A stretch of DNA of 64,000 nt from Trueperaceae bacterium (GCA_965214405.1 OZ243956.1:2272001-2336000), one strand, 5' to 3'. Shown: positions 8,631 through 18,330, numbered from the stretch's first letter. Notes: a model not told the origin generated them from the letters alone. Translations and numbers: made by a program.

Positions 8631-9748
8631 GGTTTAGGCCCGCGCCTTTTGCCGTGGCGGGTGCCGTGCTGGCGCTGGTTGGGCTCTTCGGCCCCCTTGG
8701 AACAGCGGGGGGAGCAGCATGGACCGAACTCGGCGCGTTGGGCGTCGCTCTCGTACTTGGAACGCTCGTTTTGTCTCTTATCGGCGCTGTCTGGACATTG
8801 GCGCTCGTTGTTCCCGTGGGATTGCTCGGCGCGTTTCTGGGGGTGTATAGATTGGACGGGCTCGAGCAGAGCGGCGCGTGGGGCTACTGGGGGCTCTTCT
8901 GGGGTTTCCTGCTCGCCGCGGTTTCCGCCGCCGGGCGCGTGAGCCTCACCGAACCGACGCCAGAGGACACGAGTTTTGTTAGGGGACTACGCCGCGCGCT
9001 GCCGCCCACCACGGTGCCTTTTGTGCTGCTGCTGTTATGGCAGGGTCTCGTCGTCGGCTATGGTGTGCCCAAGGGGATTTTTCCGAGTGTCACGGATGTT
9101 TGGGTGCAACTGCGCTCAAGCCTCCCCGTACTACTCAGCGACGCCTATGTGACGTTTGTCAAAGAGGTTCTTTTTGGCCTCCTTTTGGGACTCGCCGGGG
9201 GCTTTCTGGTCGGCGTGGCGGTGGCGGCGAGTTCCTTTTTGCAGCGCGGTTTTTTGCCACTCGCGGCGGCCTTTGGCGCGGTGCCTATTGTTGGACTCGC
9301 GCCCGTGCTGGGCCGCGCGTTTGGGGTGGATTGGGAGTCCAAGGCGGCGGTGGTGGTCATCGTGACGTTTTTTCCCGTTGTTTTGAACACCGTGCAAGGA
9401 CTCCTCCAGACGGACCCACTAAAGCTCGAGCTCCTGCGCGCCTACGCCGCCACGCCGCGCGAAGTGTTCCTCAAGCTGAGGCTGCCCAACGCGCTCCCCT
9501 ACCTCTTCAACGCCCTCAAGCTCGCCGCGGTCCTTTCGGTTGTAAGCGTCATCGTCGCGGAATTTCTCATCCCCGGCCCGCCCATAGGCTTAGGCCAGCG
9601 CATCTCCTTGTCCGCGCGGCGCGGGGCCTACGACGTGGTGTTTGCGGCGATTTTTGTCTCGAGCCTCTTCTCGATTCTTATTTATGGGGCGCTTTCGGCC
9701 TTAGAGCGCGCCCTCACGAGCTGGCATCCTTCGTTTAGAGAAAACTAA
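8627..9748 (+). CDS. ABC transporter permease
   Basis: GTG overlaps the previous stop (GTGA); AVPIVGLAP, FFPVVLNTVQGL, KLRLPNALPYLF. Confidence 0.88.
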   Translation: MRFRPAPFAVAGAVLALVGLFGPLGTAGGAAWTELGALGVALVLGTLVLSLIGAVWTLALVVPVGLLGAFLGVYRLDGLEQSGAWGYWGLFWGFLLAAVSAAGRVSLTEPTPEDTSFVRGLRRALPPTTVPFVLLLLWQGLVVGYGVPKGIFPSVTDVWVQLRSSLPVLLSDAYVTFVKEVLFGLLLGLAGGFLVGVAVAASSFLQRGFLPLAAAFGAVPIVGLAPVLGRAFGVDWESKAAVVVIVTFFPVVLNTVQGLLQTDPLKLELLRAYAATPREVFLKLRLPNALPYLFNALKLAAVLSVVSVIVAEFLIPGPPIGLGQRISLSARRGAYDVVFAAIFVSSLFSILIYGALSALERALTSWHPSFREN

Positions 9749-9831
9749 AGCTGAAACGGGCTTATACTGGCAGAACAAACTTAGATTAGAACGGTTCAGC
9801 GTCCCTTGCCGCGCACAGTTGGAGCGCCCTG

Positions 9832-10626
9832 TCACTTGCCGAGCAGAAACTCGAGCATCATCTCCTGCACAGCCTCGATCATCTGGTCGCCATTCGCCGT
9901 CTGGCAGCCTGCGGCGCGGGCGGCGGATAAAAGGGGCGTCTCCCCATGCCCGGCAATCACGTCTCCCACAAACATAGAAGGGGTAAGTAGATGCGCGGCG
10001 ACGGGCAGCGGGTCCCCTTCAGCCATACCCAGCGGTGTCGCGTTGCACACCATATCGCAGCCCGTCGGGTCGGGTGGCCCGGCAGTCACGCGGTCACGGC
10101 CTGAGTCCCCCACAAGTTCCATGAGTTCTGCGACGCGAGTCTCGTTCGTGTCGTGGATGATCAGTTCGCGGACGCCGGACTCGAGCAGCGCGACAGCGGT
10201 AGCACCCCCTGCCCCGCCTGCCCCGATGAGCAGGACTCGTGCGCCTTCTATCTGAGCGCCCTGCTCTTGCTGCGCCTTGACGAAGGCGAGCCCGTCGAGC
10301 ATGTCACCATGCCACGAACTGTCGGCGTTGCGGCGCATCACGCTCACGACTTCCAGCAGCTTTGACCGCTCAGAACGGGTTGTGCAGTAACTATAGGCGG
10401 CAAATTTATGCGGCATGGTGACCAGCAAACCGTCGACGTTGGGAACGAGCGTGAGGCCGCGCATGACGCTCTCCAAATCCCCTTCCGGCACCTGCATCGG
10501 AACGCATAGACCGTTGTGTCCCCGCGCCGCGAAACCGCCCGTCAGGCGCTCGGGTGATTTCACGTATTTGATTGGGTCGCCGATAATCGGGAATAAACGT
10601 GTTTCACCGTTTAGGCTCTCGGGCAC
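9832..10626 (-). CDS. Shikimate dehydrogenase family protein
   Basis: IIGDPIKYVKSP, LVTMPHK, GDMLDG, GAGGAG, CNATPLGM; start GTG 10626 (ATG 10674 is an alternative). Confidence 0.85.
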   Translation of the reverse strand: MPESLNGETRLFPIIGDPIKYVKSPERLTGGFAARGHNGLCVPMQVPEGDLESVMRGLTLVPNVDGLLVTMPHKFAAYSYCTTRSERSKLLEVVSVMRRNADSSWHGDMLDGLAFVKAQQEQGAQIEGARVLLIGAGGAGGATAVALLESGVRELIIHDTNETRVAELMELVGDSGRDRVTAGPPDPTGCDMVCNATPLGMAEGDPLPVAAHLLTPSMFVGDVIAGHGETPLLSAARAAGCQTANGDQMIEAVQEMMLEFLLGK

Positions 10627-10703
10627 TTCTTCTACCTCTGTATTCCATCCTGTATCCAGATGGAGTGTAAACATACTGGAATCACAGATGATCTCGCTAC
10701 GCG

Positions 10704-10767
10704 CGCTAACCCTCCGGTTCAGCGGCGAGGCGCTTAGCGGACCGTTCGCTGCAACTGGTTGTTATGC
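10704..10767 (-). other. Integron attC recombination site (64 bp)
   Basis: Minus strand: R'' GCATAAC - AACCA - L'' GTT[G]CAGCG ... L' CGCTGAAC - CGGAGG - R' GTTAGCG. Spacers are 5 and 6 nt, there is an extrahelical G, and the aac stop codon lies inside R''. Confidence 0.9.
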
Positions 10768-11260
10768 AGCTCCATTCTCACCCTCAACTGCAATATCAAA
10801 GTGTAAAACATCTTCACGTACTCCCAGCTTCGTATACAACGCGATAGCTGGTTCGTCTTCAATGCCAGTATCGGCCTGAACGAAAATTACATAGGCTCCG
10901 CGCTCTGCCGCTATCTTCTTGAGTTCTTCAATCAACGCTAGCGCAACTCCTTTGCGCCTATGCGCTTCTGCGACTGCCAGATCGTAGATGTAGATTTCGC
11001 TACGCTCCTGCTCGTACTTTCTAAGCTCGTAGGCCGCAATGCCGCCGACGACATCACCGCTCTTCAAAGCGACCAGCGCAATGAAAGAGTCACCACCGAG
11101 AAGTCTCCGCAGGTAACCCGCACTTGGCCGATTCTCAACATAAGTGTCTACTTCGTTGAAGGCTTCACCGAAGGTCGCTAACAGAGCTTCCATTAACGCA
11201 ACGTCGTCAGGCGTGAGCTGACAAACATTTAAAGACATGAACAACTCCTAAATTGCATAA
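10710..11260 (-). mobile_element. Integron gene cassette carrying aac(3)-I
   Basis: Begins at G|TTATGC (11261-11255), the exact complement of R'' GCATAAC, and ends in the attC; AT-richer than its flanks. Confidence 0.85.
10762..11238 (-). CDS. aac(3)-I: AAC(3)-I family aminoglycoside 3-N-acetyltransferase
   Basis: FGEAF...Y....PS..YL..LL...SFIALVA, AAYEL.KYEQERSEIYIYDLAV...HRR.G.A, GAYVIFVQAD.G.EDEPAIALYTKLG.REDVLHFDI; RBS AGGAG. Confidence 0.9.
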   Translation of the reverse strand: MSLNVCQLTPDDVALMEALLATFGEAFNEVDTYVENRPSAGYLRRLLGGDSFIALVALKSGDVVGGIAAYELRKYEQERSEIYIYDLAVAEAHRRKGVALALIEELKKIAAERGAYVIFVQADTGIEDEPAIALYTKLGVREDVLHFDIAVEGENGAA

Positions 11261-11443
11261 CTATGTTTATACCACTCACTTCATGTTAATACGCCCATGA
11301 AGGGTGTTCCACGGCACTTGCGAGGTCGTACCCAAGCTAAACGTGCGAACATAACGTTCGGTGCAAAGCTGCTTTCTTCACGCTTTCCCCCTCTCCCTCC
11401 TCTCCTTGATAGACTGAGCCTCGTAACACTTTAAGGAGGAAAC

Positions 11444-12514
11444 ATGAAAAAGGTTTTTCTGAGTCTGGCAACGCTCCTTCTCACGACGCTCCCGGCAGGC
11501 TTCGCCCAAGACCTCGTTGACGTGTGCTTCCAGTCCAAATGGTTCCCGCAGGCGCAGTTCGCGGGCTATTTTGTGGCGCAAGAAAAAGGTTTTTACGAAG
11601 AAGAAGGTCTCGACGTGACCATCTTGGACGGCGGCAACGTCAACCCGACGGTGCAGGTGGCGAGCGGGAACTGCGACTTCGGCACCGACTGGATCGCCAA
11701 CATGCTGGTGCAGCGGGCGCAGGGGCTCGAGGTCGTGCAAATCGCGCAGATTTACCAGGACTCGGGCTACCGGATGGTGGCGCTTAGCGATTCGGGCATC
11801 GAGCAGTTTCCTGACCTCGCGGGCCGCACCGTGGGCGTCTGGGGCTTTGGCAACGAGTTCGTCGCACAGGCGGTGTTCGATGTTGAAGACCTCACCTCGA
11901 ACCTAGACCCGACCGTGACCAACCCGGACGTGAACGCGGTGGTGTACGCCTTTGACCCCTCGCTCGTGTTTCCCAACGAGGTGGACGTGGCGAGCGCGAT
12001 GACCTACAACGAACTTGACCAGATTGTCGGTTTGGGCTATGCGCTGGACACGCTCAACGTGCTCGACCCCGCGGACATTGACGCGCAGCTCCTGGAAGAC
12101 CTCATCTTTACTACGCCCGAACTTTTGCAAACGGACGACTTCAAGGGCTCGGGGCTCTCCGGCGCAGAGGTGGCGGCGCGTTTCTTGCGCGCGTCCATCC
12201 GGGGCTGGGAGTATGCGGTTGACAATCAGGAGGAAGCCGTCGAGATTGTCCTCAGCCAGTGCGGCGACACCTGCGCGGGCTCGGGGAGCACGCAAAGCCC
12301 GGAGATTCACCAGACCTGGCAGATGGCGCGGGTGGTCGAACTCGTCAAGCCCACGCCGGACACGCAAGTGGGCAGCATTGACCCGGCGGCCTTTGAGAAT
12401 TCGGTGAACTTGCTCGTTCAAGTGGGGTTAATTGGGGAGCCTGTGACTTTTGAGGAAATTGTGGACACGAGCGTTTACGACGCGGTTCAAGAGGGGATAA
12501 CGGGGGGACAGTAG
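11444..12514 (+). CDS. ABC transporter substrate-binding protein, NMT1/THI5-like
   Basis: Signal peptide; KWFPQAQFAGYFVAQEKGFYEEEGLDVTI, VGVWGFGNE, AMTYNE; RBS AAGGAGG. Confidence 0.9.
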   Translation: MKKVFLSLATLLLTTLPAGFAQDLVDVCFQSKWFPQAQFAGYFVAQEKGFYEEEGLDVTILDGGNVNPTVQVASGNCDFGTDWIANMLVQRAQGLEVVQIAQIYQDSGYRMVALSDSGIEQFPDLAGRTVGVWGFGNEFVAQAVFDVEDLTSNLDPTVTNPDVNAVVYAFDPSLVFPNEVDVASAMTYNELDQIVGLGYALDTLNVLDPADIDAQLLEDLIFTTPELLQTDDFKGSGLSGAEVAARFLRASIRGWEYAVDNQEEAVEIVLSQCGDTCAGSGSTQSPEIHQTWQMARVVELVKPTPDTQVGSIDPAAFENSVNLLVQVGLIGEPVTFEEIVDTSVYDAVQEGITGGQ

Positions 12515-12609
12515 GGCTCGAGCCTCCCCCCAAAAGCCTCTAAGGGCGTCGCGTGCTAAGCTGTGACACGACGCCCTTTTTCGTTCATGCCGAAGCCTTG
12601 GAGGTTAAC

Positions 12610-13956
12610 ATGAGCACCCCGACTGTAGAAAAAACTAAAACGAAGACGCAGGAGTTGCTCGAGCGCCAGCGCGACTTCCTCTTCCCCATCCAAAGCAAGA
12701 TGCTCCTTTATGGCGACGAGCCTTTAGCGGTCGACCGTGCCAAAGACCAGTGGCTCTGGGACGTTGAGGGTAACAAATATCTCGACTTCTTCGGCGGCAT
12801 CCTCACGGTCTCAATCGGCCACTGCAACGACGAGGTCGTCGCCGCGGCTGACGAACAGCTTCACAAGCTTGGGCACACCTCCACGCTCTACATCAACGAA
12901 ATCACCATCAAGGTGGCCGAAAAAATCGCGCAAATCACGCCGGGCCGCCTCAAGCACTGCTTTTTCACCAATTCGGGTACCGAGGCCGACGAGACCGCCG
13001 TGATGGCCGCGCGCATGTACACGGGTAACAGCGACGTCATCGCGCTGCGTCACGCCTACTCGGGCCGCTCGGTGAGCATGATGAGCATGACCGCGCACGG
13101 CACCTGGCGCTTGGGCGGCGTGTTCGACGGGGCCATCAAGCATGTAAAGAACCCCTACACCTACCGTCGGCCCGAAGGCATGAGCGAGGCGCAGTTTTTG
13201 GACTTTTTGGTGCAGGACTTAGAGGAAATGATTGCGACCTGCACGAGCGGTAAAATCGCCGCCTTTATGGCCGAGCCCATCCAGGGCGTCGGGGGCTTCG
13301 TGGTCGCGCCGGAGGATTACTTTAAGCGCATCTTGCCCGTGGTGCGGGCGGCGGGCGGTTTGTTGATTATTGACGAGGTGCAGACCGGCTGGGGGCGCAC
13401 GGGTCGGTACTGGTGCGGCATCGAGCACTGGGGTGTCGAGCCCGACGTAATAACTTTCGCCAAGGGCATCGCCAACGGCGCGCCCGTGGGCTGCACCGTC
13501 GCCACGCCCGAGGTGGCGGAGGCGGTAGACGGCCTCACCTTATCGACCTTTGGCGGCAACCCGGTGGCGATGGCGCAGGCTTACGCGACGATGGAGTACA
13601 TCGAGAAGCATAAGCTTTGGGAGAACGCGGAGGTTAGGGGTGACGAACTTCGGGCGCGTATGGAGGGGATGCAGGAAACTTACCCCTTTATCGGCGACGT
13701 GCGCGGGATGGGGCTGATGCAGGCGTTTGAGATGGTGGTGCCGGACGGGGGCAAGGAGCCGGACGGGGCTCGAGCCTCTGCCCTCGTCAACGCCGCGCGC
13801 AAGCACGGGCTGCTCATCGGTAAGGGCGGGCTTTACGGCAACGCGATTCGGATTGCGCCGCACCTCAACGTGACCAAAGAAGATTTGGACGCGGGGTGTG
13901 AGCTTATGGAGAGGGCGCTAGGAGATGTTGCGCAAGGAGGTCTGGGTGGTGCGTGA
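12610..13956 (+). CDS. Class-III PLP aminotransferase (AGXT2 / beta-alanine aminotransferase-like)
   Basis: YLDFFGGI, FTNSGTEA, AEPIQGVGG, IIDEVQTGWGRTG, FAKGIANG, STFGGNP; located in the pyrimidine catabolism cluster. Confidence 0.9.
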   Translation: MSTPTVEKTKTKTQELLERQRDFLFPIQSKMLLYGDEPLAVDRAKDQWLWDVEGNKYLDFFGGILTVSIGHCNDEVVAAADEQLHKLGHTSTLYINEITIKVAEKIAQITPGRLKHCFFTNSGTEADETAVMAARMYTGNSDVIALRHAYSGRSVSMMSMTAHGTWRLGGVFDGAIKHVKNPYTYRRPEGMSEAQFLDFLVQDLEEMIATCTSGKIAAFMAEPIQGVGGFVVAPEDYFKRILPVVRAAGGLLIIDEVQTGWGRTGRYWCGIEHWGVEPDVITFAKGIANGAPVGCTVATPEVAEAVDGLTLSTFGGNPVAMAQAYATMEYIEKHKLWENAEVRGDELRARMEGMQETYPFIGDVRGMGLMQAFEMVVPDGGKEPDGARASALVNAARKHGLLIGKGGLYGNAIRIAPHLNVTKEDLDAGCELMERALGDVAQGGLGGA

Positions 13957-14072
13957 ACCGTGTCCCGTCCTGAGATGTAAGAAAGGGTGAGGTTGAGCGC
14001 CAGCATAAGCTGAAATCTTGACCGGTCGCCTTGCCGACGGCGTGGCCACGCCCTCTCCCCAAAAAGCGCTAT

Positions 14073-15350
14073 TTAATCTGTCTCGGCAATGCGCGTGTCC
14101 GGTTTGAACGCGGCCCAAGCGAACCAGAGCGTGTTGTCGTGGACGATGGGAGAGAGGGCGGTACCAAACAGTTCGCCGCTCGTGGCCTGGCCGAGTAAGT
14201 TCCAGCTCGAGCGGGTCTCCTCATCCACAAACGTCTCACCGTTCCAGCTAAAGGTCAGCGTTCTCCCGTCCACGCGGCGGTCGAACACGCCCGCCGCGCC
14301 CACGTCCGCACTCTCGGCGATGGCGCGCGCGTCCAGAGCGCTCGTCGTGCCCTCCTGCCAGAACACGGTGACGGGCGCGCCGCCCACGTCCGTGTTGACG
14401 ACCCGCGCCTCCTGTAAGGCGTCAAAGGGAAAGGCGACGGCGTCACCCGCGCGCTCCAGGGTGATCACACGCTCCTTAGGCGGCAGGCGTCCGTCCGTCT
14501 CGCCGGAAAAGAGAAAAGGCGGCTCGTCCGCGCGGTCGTAGCCGACGTAGGGGTTTGCGCCGTAGTCTCTCGAGAAGCCCGTCTCGCGCGACAGCACCGA
14601 CGCCCCCGGAAACGCCGCCCGAAACTCCTCGAAAGAAACGATTTGGGCGGGGTAACGCGCGAGCTGCGCGCCGCTTAAAGTGCCGACCGCGCCCTCGCCC
14701 GTGAGCTGCGACCAGAGCGTCGAGGCGGCGGTGTCGAACATGAGCAAGTTGGAGTTGTAGAGCAGGCCCGACACGCCGAAGGTGACCTCGAGGACGGCGC
14801 TAAGTTCGTCTGTATCCGCACCTTCAAGCGCGCTTACGAACGTTTCATCTTCAGGAACGCCTTGGATGTTCGCTGCCGGGTTCGCCGCCCGCACCGCCGC
14901 TTCACTTTCGGCGTTCAGCGGGATGCGCCGGTCAAAGGCCAGCGCGCTGTTGCACAAGGGGCAAAAGGTCACGGCCACGGGCACGCCGCCCAGCGTGTCG
15001 TTGACAATCTCGTGCCAGGTAAGAATCTGGAGCGGATAGGCGCGGCTCTCGCCGCCCAGAGAAAGTGCGATGACGGGCTCTTCCTCGCCCAACCACGCCG
15101 CCGCCTCGGCTTGCGTCACGAACCGGGGCGCGGGACTCGGCCCCGCCGCGCCAGCGTGGTCGCCGCCAAAACCTAATGCGGGGATGCCCTGGGGCGGCGG
15201 CCCGCCACTCAAGATACCGTCAACGGGAATGGTCGCGCGGTCCGCGTCTACGCCAATGTCTCTCAACGTCCCGCTGCCGGACTGCGCGACCGCCACGCCC
15301 GCGGCTCCTAAAACAAGGGACGTAACCAACACGACAAACCAATCTTTCAT
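14073..15350 (-). CDS. DUF3179 domain-containing secreted protein
   Basis: Signal peptide; SGGPPPQGIPAL, RAYPLQILTWHEIVND, VTFCPLCNSA, FGVSGLLYNSNLLMFD, WFAWAAFKPDT. Confidence 0.85.
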   Translation of the reverse strand: MKDWFVVLVTSLVLGAAGVAVAQSGSGTLRDIGVDADRATIPVDGILSGGPPPQGIPALGFGGDHAGAAGPSPAPRFVTQAEAAAWLGEEEPVIALSLGGESRAYPLQILTWHEIVNDTLGGVPVAVTFCPLCNSALAFDRRIPLNAESEAAVRAANPAANIQGVPEDETFVSALEGADTDELSAVLEVTFGVSGLLYNSNLLMFDTAASTLWSQLTGEGAVGTLSGAQLARYPAQIVSFEEFRAAFPGASVLSRETGFSRDYGANPYVGYDRADEPPFLFSGETDGRLPPKERVITLERAGDAVAFPFDALQEARVVNTDVGGAPVTVFWQEGTTSALDARAIAESADVGAAGVFDRRVDGRTLTFSWNGETFVDEETRSSWNLLGQATSGELFGTALSPIVHDNTLWFAWAAFKPDTRIAETD

Positions 15351-15579
15351 AGCGCCTCCTCCGGTCTGGGGCAAGCGTACCGAGTTCTGCGGGGGCGGGC
15401 GGTTAAACGTTGTACACGCCGCTCTACATTGGACATCCACCCCGAACGAAGAACCCGCCTCGAGCCGACGTTTTTGAATGGAGAAACCACTATACTGTCC
15501 TTGTACATGTTGATTGGGTGGTTGAACGCGACCACTTAGTAGCCCAGCGGGCACCAGAGCGGAGGGTGATTAAGAGCCG

Positions 15580-16836
15580 ATGACGCGACTCAAGCGCTAC
15601 ATTGCACGTTTTTTTTTGAGCCTGGAAAAAGACTTTAACACCACGCGGCACACGCTCCGCACGCTTTTTCGGCCGCCGCGTCCTTACGAGGTGGTGCCTT
15701 ATTTAGGATACGGAACGGACGACCGGGTCTTTCTTAAAGGGCGCGTGTTGGAAGACAAGGGCGTCAGCTTGGGGACGCCCGAGGCCACGCGCTGGCGCAA
15801 CCTGGTCAACACCTACAAGCGCTTTGTGAGTGACGAGGTGCCCAACGCCGAGCTCGAGTTCCGCTTCGGCGGCGTGCGCCGCATATTGACGACCAACGAG
15901 CGGGGCTATTTCGAAACGCCTCCCGAATCCCCATCTGCGAACGGTGGTGATGATAGGGCCTCGAGGGGTGAAGCCGCATCACAAACCGCCCCAAAAACCG
16001 CGTCGTCCGAGTCGGCAGGTTGGGTGGACGTCGAGGTGCGGCTCCTCAAACCGACGCGCGGGGGCGAGGTGAGCGCGCCCGGCGCGGTGCTGGTGCCGCC
16101 CGAGGGTGCCGCTTTCGGCGTGATTAGCGATATCGACGACACCGTGGTTCAGACCGACGCGACCCGCTGGGTGCGCGTGCTCGGCAGCGTGCTCTTCGGG
16201 AACGCCTATACGCGGCTTCCGTTCAAGGGCGTCGCCGCCTTTTACCGCGCGTTGCAAGGCGGGGAGGACGGCAGGAGAAACAATCCTCTTTTTTACGTAT
16301 CATCCTCGCCCTGGAACCTATATGATTTGCTGCTCGAGTTTTTCCATACCGAGGGCATCCCCAAAGGCCCCCTCATGCTGCGCAGTTGGCGCGGCGGCGG
16401 CGGCTTCGCGCCCAGCGAGCACGGGAGTTTCAAGTCGCGCGAAATCCGGCGCATCCTCGACATGTTCCCGCACCTGCCTTTTATTTTGATAGGCGACAGC
16501 GGCCAGGAAGACCCCGAAATCTATCACGACATCGCGGACGCTTACCCTGGCCGCATCCTGGGTATCTATATTCGCAACGTGAGCCGCAACCCCGACCGCC
16601 CCGAGGCCATCAGCCGCCTCTCCAACCGGGTTCAGGAACTGGGCAGCACGCTCGTCTTGGCCGACGACACGCTCGCCGCCGCCCAGCACGCCGCCAGCCG
16701 CGGCTGGATTTCGCCCCAGACCCTGCCCGAAATACGCTCGGACAAAGAAAAAGCCGACGCGCCCTTTGAAGAGCACCGCGACACCGAAGCGACCGTCATT
16801 GGTGACCCAGGCCACGAGGGAATGCGCGCGAAATAA
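15580..16836 (+). CDS. App1 family phosphatidate phosphatase (DUF2183)
   Basis: GVISDIDDTV, FYVSSSPWNLY, FILIGDSGQEDPEIY. Confidence 0.88.
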   Translation: MTRLKRYIARFFLSLEKDFNTTRHTLRTLFRPPRPYEVVPYLGYGTDDRVFLKGRVLEDKGVSLGTPEATRWRNLVNTYKRFVSDEVPNAELEFRFGGVRRILTTNERGYFETPPESPSANGGDDRASRGEAASQTAPKTASSESAGWVDVEVRLLKPTRGGEVSAPGAVLVPPEGAAFGVISDIDDTVVQTDATRWVRVLGSVLFGNAYTRLPFKGVAAFYRALQGGEDGRRNNPLFYVSSSPWNLYDLLLEFFHTEGIPKGPLMLRSWRGGGGFAPSEHGSFKSREIRRILDMFPHLPFILIGDSGQEDPEIYHDIADAYPGRILGIYIRNVSRNPDRPEAISRLSNRVQELGSTLVLADDTLAAAQHAASRGWISPQTLPEIRSDKEKADAPFEEHRDTEATVIGDPGHEGMRAK

Positions 16837-16997
16837 GTTTAGGAGAGGGTTAGAAAGGGTTCGAGAGCAGACGCCGCCTGACCCAACGGTGAGGTAAATA
16901 GGCTTCCGGCTTTGTAAAAAAGCTTTTGCAAATATGAGTCAACTTTGGTTGTCGAGAAGCCGCTTCTCTACCAGGTCCACACAATCTGCCTAAACCT

Positions 16998-17225
16998 TTA
17001 AGAAGCCGACACAAGGGGCAAGCGTTCTTCTTTCAAGCAGCCCCTCGAGTCGACCGTCAGCTCCCACACCGCCAAGTCAGGTCTAAACTCATAGGCCAGC
17101 GCGTCCAGTTTCCGCCAAAACTCTTCGTCCCAATGCTCCTTGTGCGCGATGAGATGGTCTAAAAACCCACCCGGCACGGAGCCGCCCAGGGCGTAAGTCA
17201 GAAACTCTCTAAGATCGACGTCCAT
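16998..17225 (-). CDS. Small hypothetical protein downstream of recA
   Basis: 75 aa ORF co-oriented with recA, starting ~30 nt after its stop; protein-like composition. Confidence 0.55.
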   Translation of the reverse strand: MDVDLREFLTYALGGSVPGGFLDHLIAHKEHWDEEFWRKLDALAYEFRPDLAVWELTVDSRGCLKEERLPLVSAS

Positions 17226-17256
17226 AAAACCACTTCTAGTCTATGTCGAGAGCGCC

Positions 17257-18330
17257 TTAATCGTCCGTATCGTCAGCGAATAGCGCCTGCTCCTCCTCGC
17301 GGTTCGCTTTCACCTTGTACCCTGCGGGCTCGCCCTGGATGGTGGCCACGACCTGCTGCTTTATCCGCTCAATGAGCTCGGGGTTCTCACTCAAGAAGCT
17401 CGCCGCTTTCTCCTTGCCTTGGCCTAAGCGGGTGTCGCCGTAGCCAAACCACGAGCCCGACTTCTGGATGATGTCTAAGTCAGACGCGATGTTGATCAGG
17501 TCGCCCAGCTTGTCAATCCCCCGCCCGAACATGATCTCGACCTCGGCTTCCTTAAAAGGCGGGGCCACCTTGTTCTTCGTGACCTTGACCCGCGTCCGGT
17601 TACCCACCTTGTCCACACCCGACTTCACGTCCCCCTTACGCCTCACTTCCATCCTGACTGAGGAGTAGAACTTTAGCGCGCGTCCTCCGGGTGTGGTCTC
17701 AGGGTTGCCGTACAACACGCCGATCTTTTCTCTGATCTGGTTGATAAAGATGGCCGTGGTGTGACTCTTGCTCAACACCCCGGTAAGCTTACGCAACGCT
17801 TGGCTCATCAGCCTGGCTTGTAAGCCTACGTGCGAGTCGCCCATCTCGCCCTCGATCTCAGCCCTGGGTACCAAGGCAGCCACCGAATCCACCACGATCA
17901 CGTCGACCGCGCCGCTACGGACCAACAGCTCGGTGATCTCCAGCGCCTGCTCACCCGTATCGGGCTGTGACACCAACAAGTTGTCGATGTCCACCCCCAG
18001 CGCCTTGGCGTACTGCGGGTCTAGCGCGTGTTCGGCGTCAACGAAAGCGGCCACGCCACCCGCGCGTTGAGCTTCGGCGACGATGTGCAGGCTCAGCGTG
18101 GTCTTACCGCCTGACTCGGGGCCGTAGATTTCCACCACCCGGCCGCGGGGCACGCCGCCGACGCCCAGGGCCAAGTCGACCGACATGCTGCCTGTCGAGA
18201 TGACGCCCTGCGAGAGCATGTTCACGTCCTCGCCCAGGCGCATGATCGCGCCCTTGCCGAACTGTTTCTCGATTTGGGAAAGGGTGTTTTTGAGGGACTT
18301 CTGCCTGTCTTCGCTCAAGGTCTGTGTCAT
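17257..18330 (-). CDS. recA: Recombinase RecA
   Basis: [57 protein letters not shown]. Confidence 0.99.
   Translation of the reverse strand: MTQTLSEDRQKSLKNTLSQIEKQFGKGAIMRLGEDVNMLSQGVISTGSMSVDLALGVGGVPRGRVVEIYGPESGGKTTLSLHIVAEAQRAGGVAAFVDAEHALDPQYAKALGVDIDNLLVSQPDTGEQALEITELLVRSGAVDVIVVDSVAALVPRAEIEGEMGDSHVGLQARLMSQALRKLTGVLSKSHTTAIFINQIREKIGVLYGNPETTPGGRALKFYSSVRMEVRRKGDVKSGVDKVGNRTRVKVTKNKVAPPFKEAEVEIMFGRGIDKLGDLINIASDLDIIQKSGSWFGYGDTRLGQGKEKAASFLSENPELIERIKQQVVATIQGEPAGYKVKANREEEQALFADDTDD

Noticed and set aside
9750..9835. attC downstream of the shikimate dehydrogenase gene (second cassette of an array)
   Set aside because: The expected R'' CGCTAAC and paired L boxes are not present; only a lone GTTCTGC remains.
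11346..11360. Gram-positive LexA (Cheo) box CGAAC-N4-GTTCG
   Set aside because: The spacer here is 5 nt, not 4, so it was treated as a possible recombination simple site instead.
15915..16020. Low-complexity insertion in the App1 phosphatase as a mobile repeat
   Set aside because: No terminal repeats or second copy seen; likely a variable linker.
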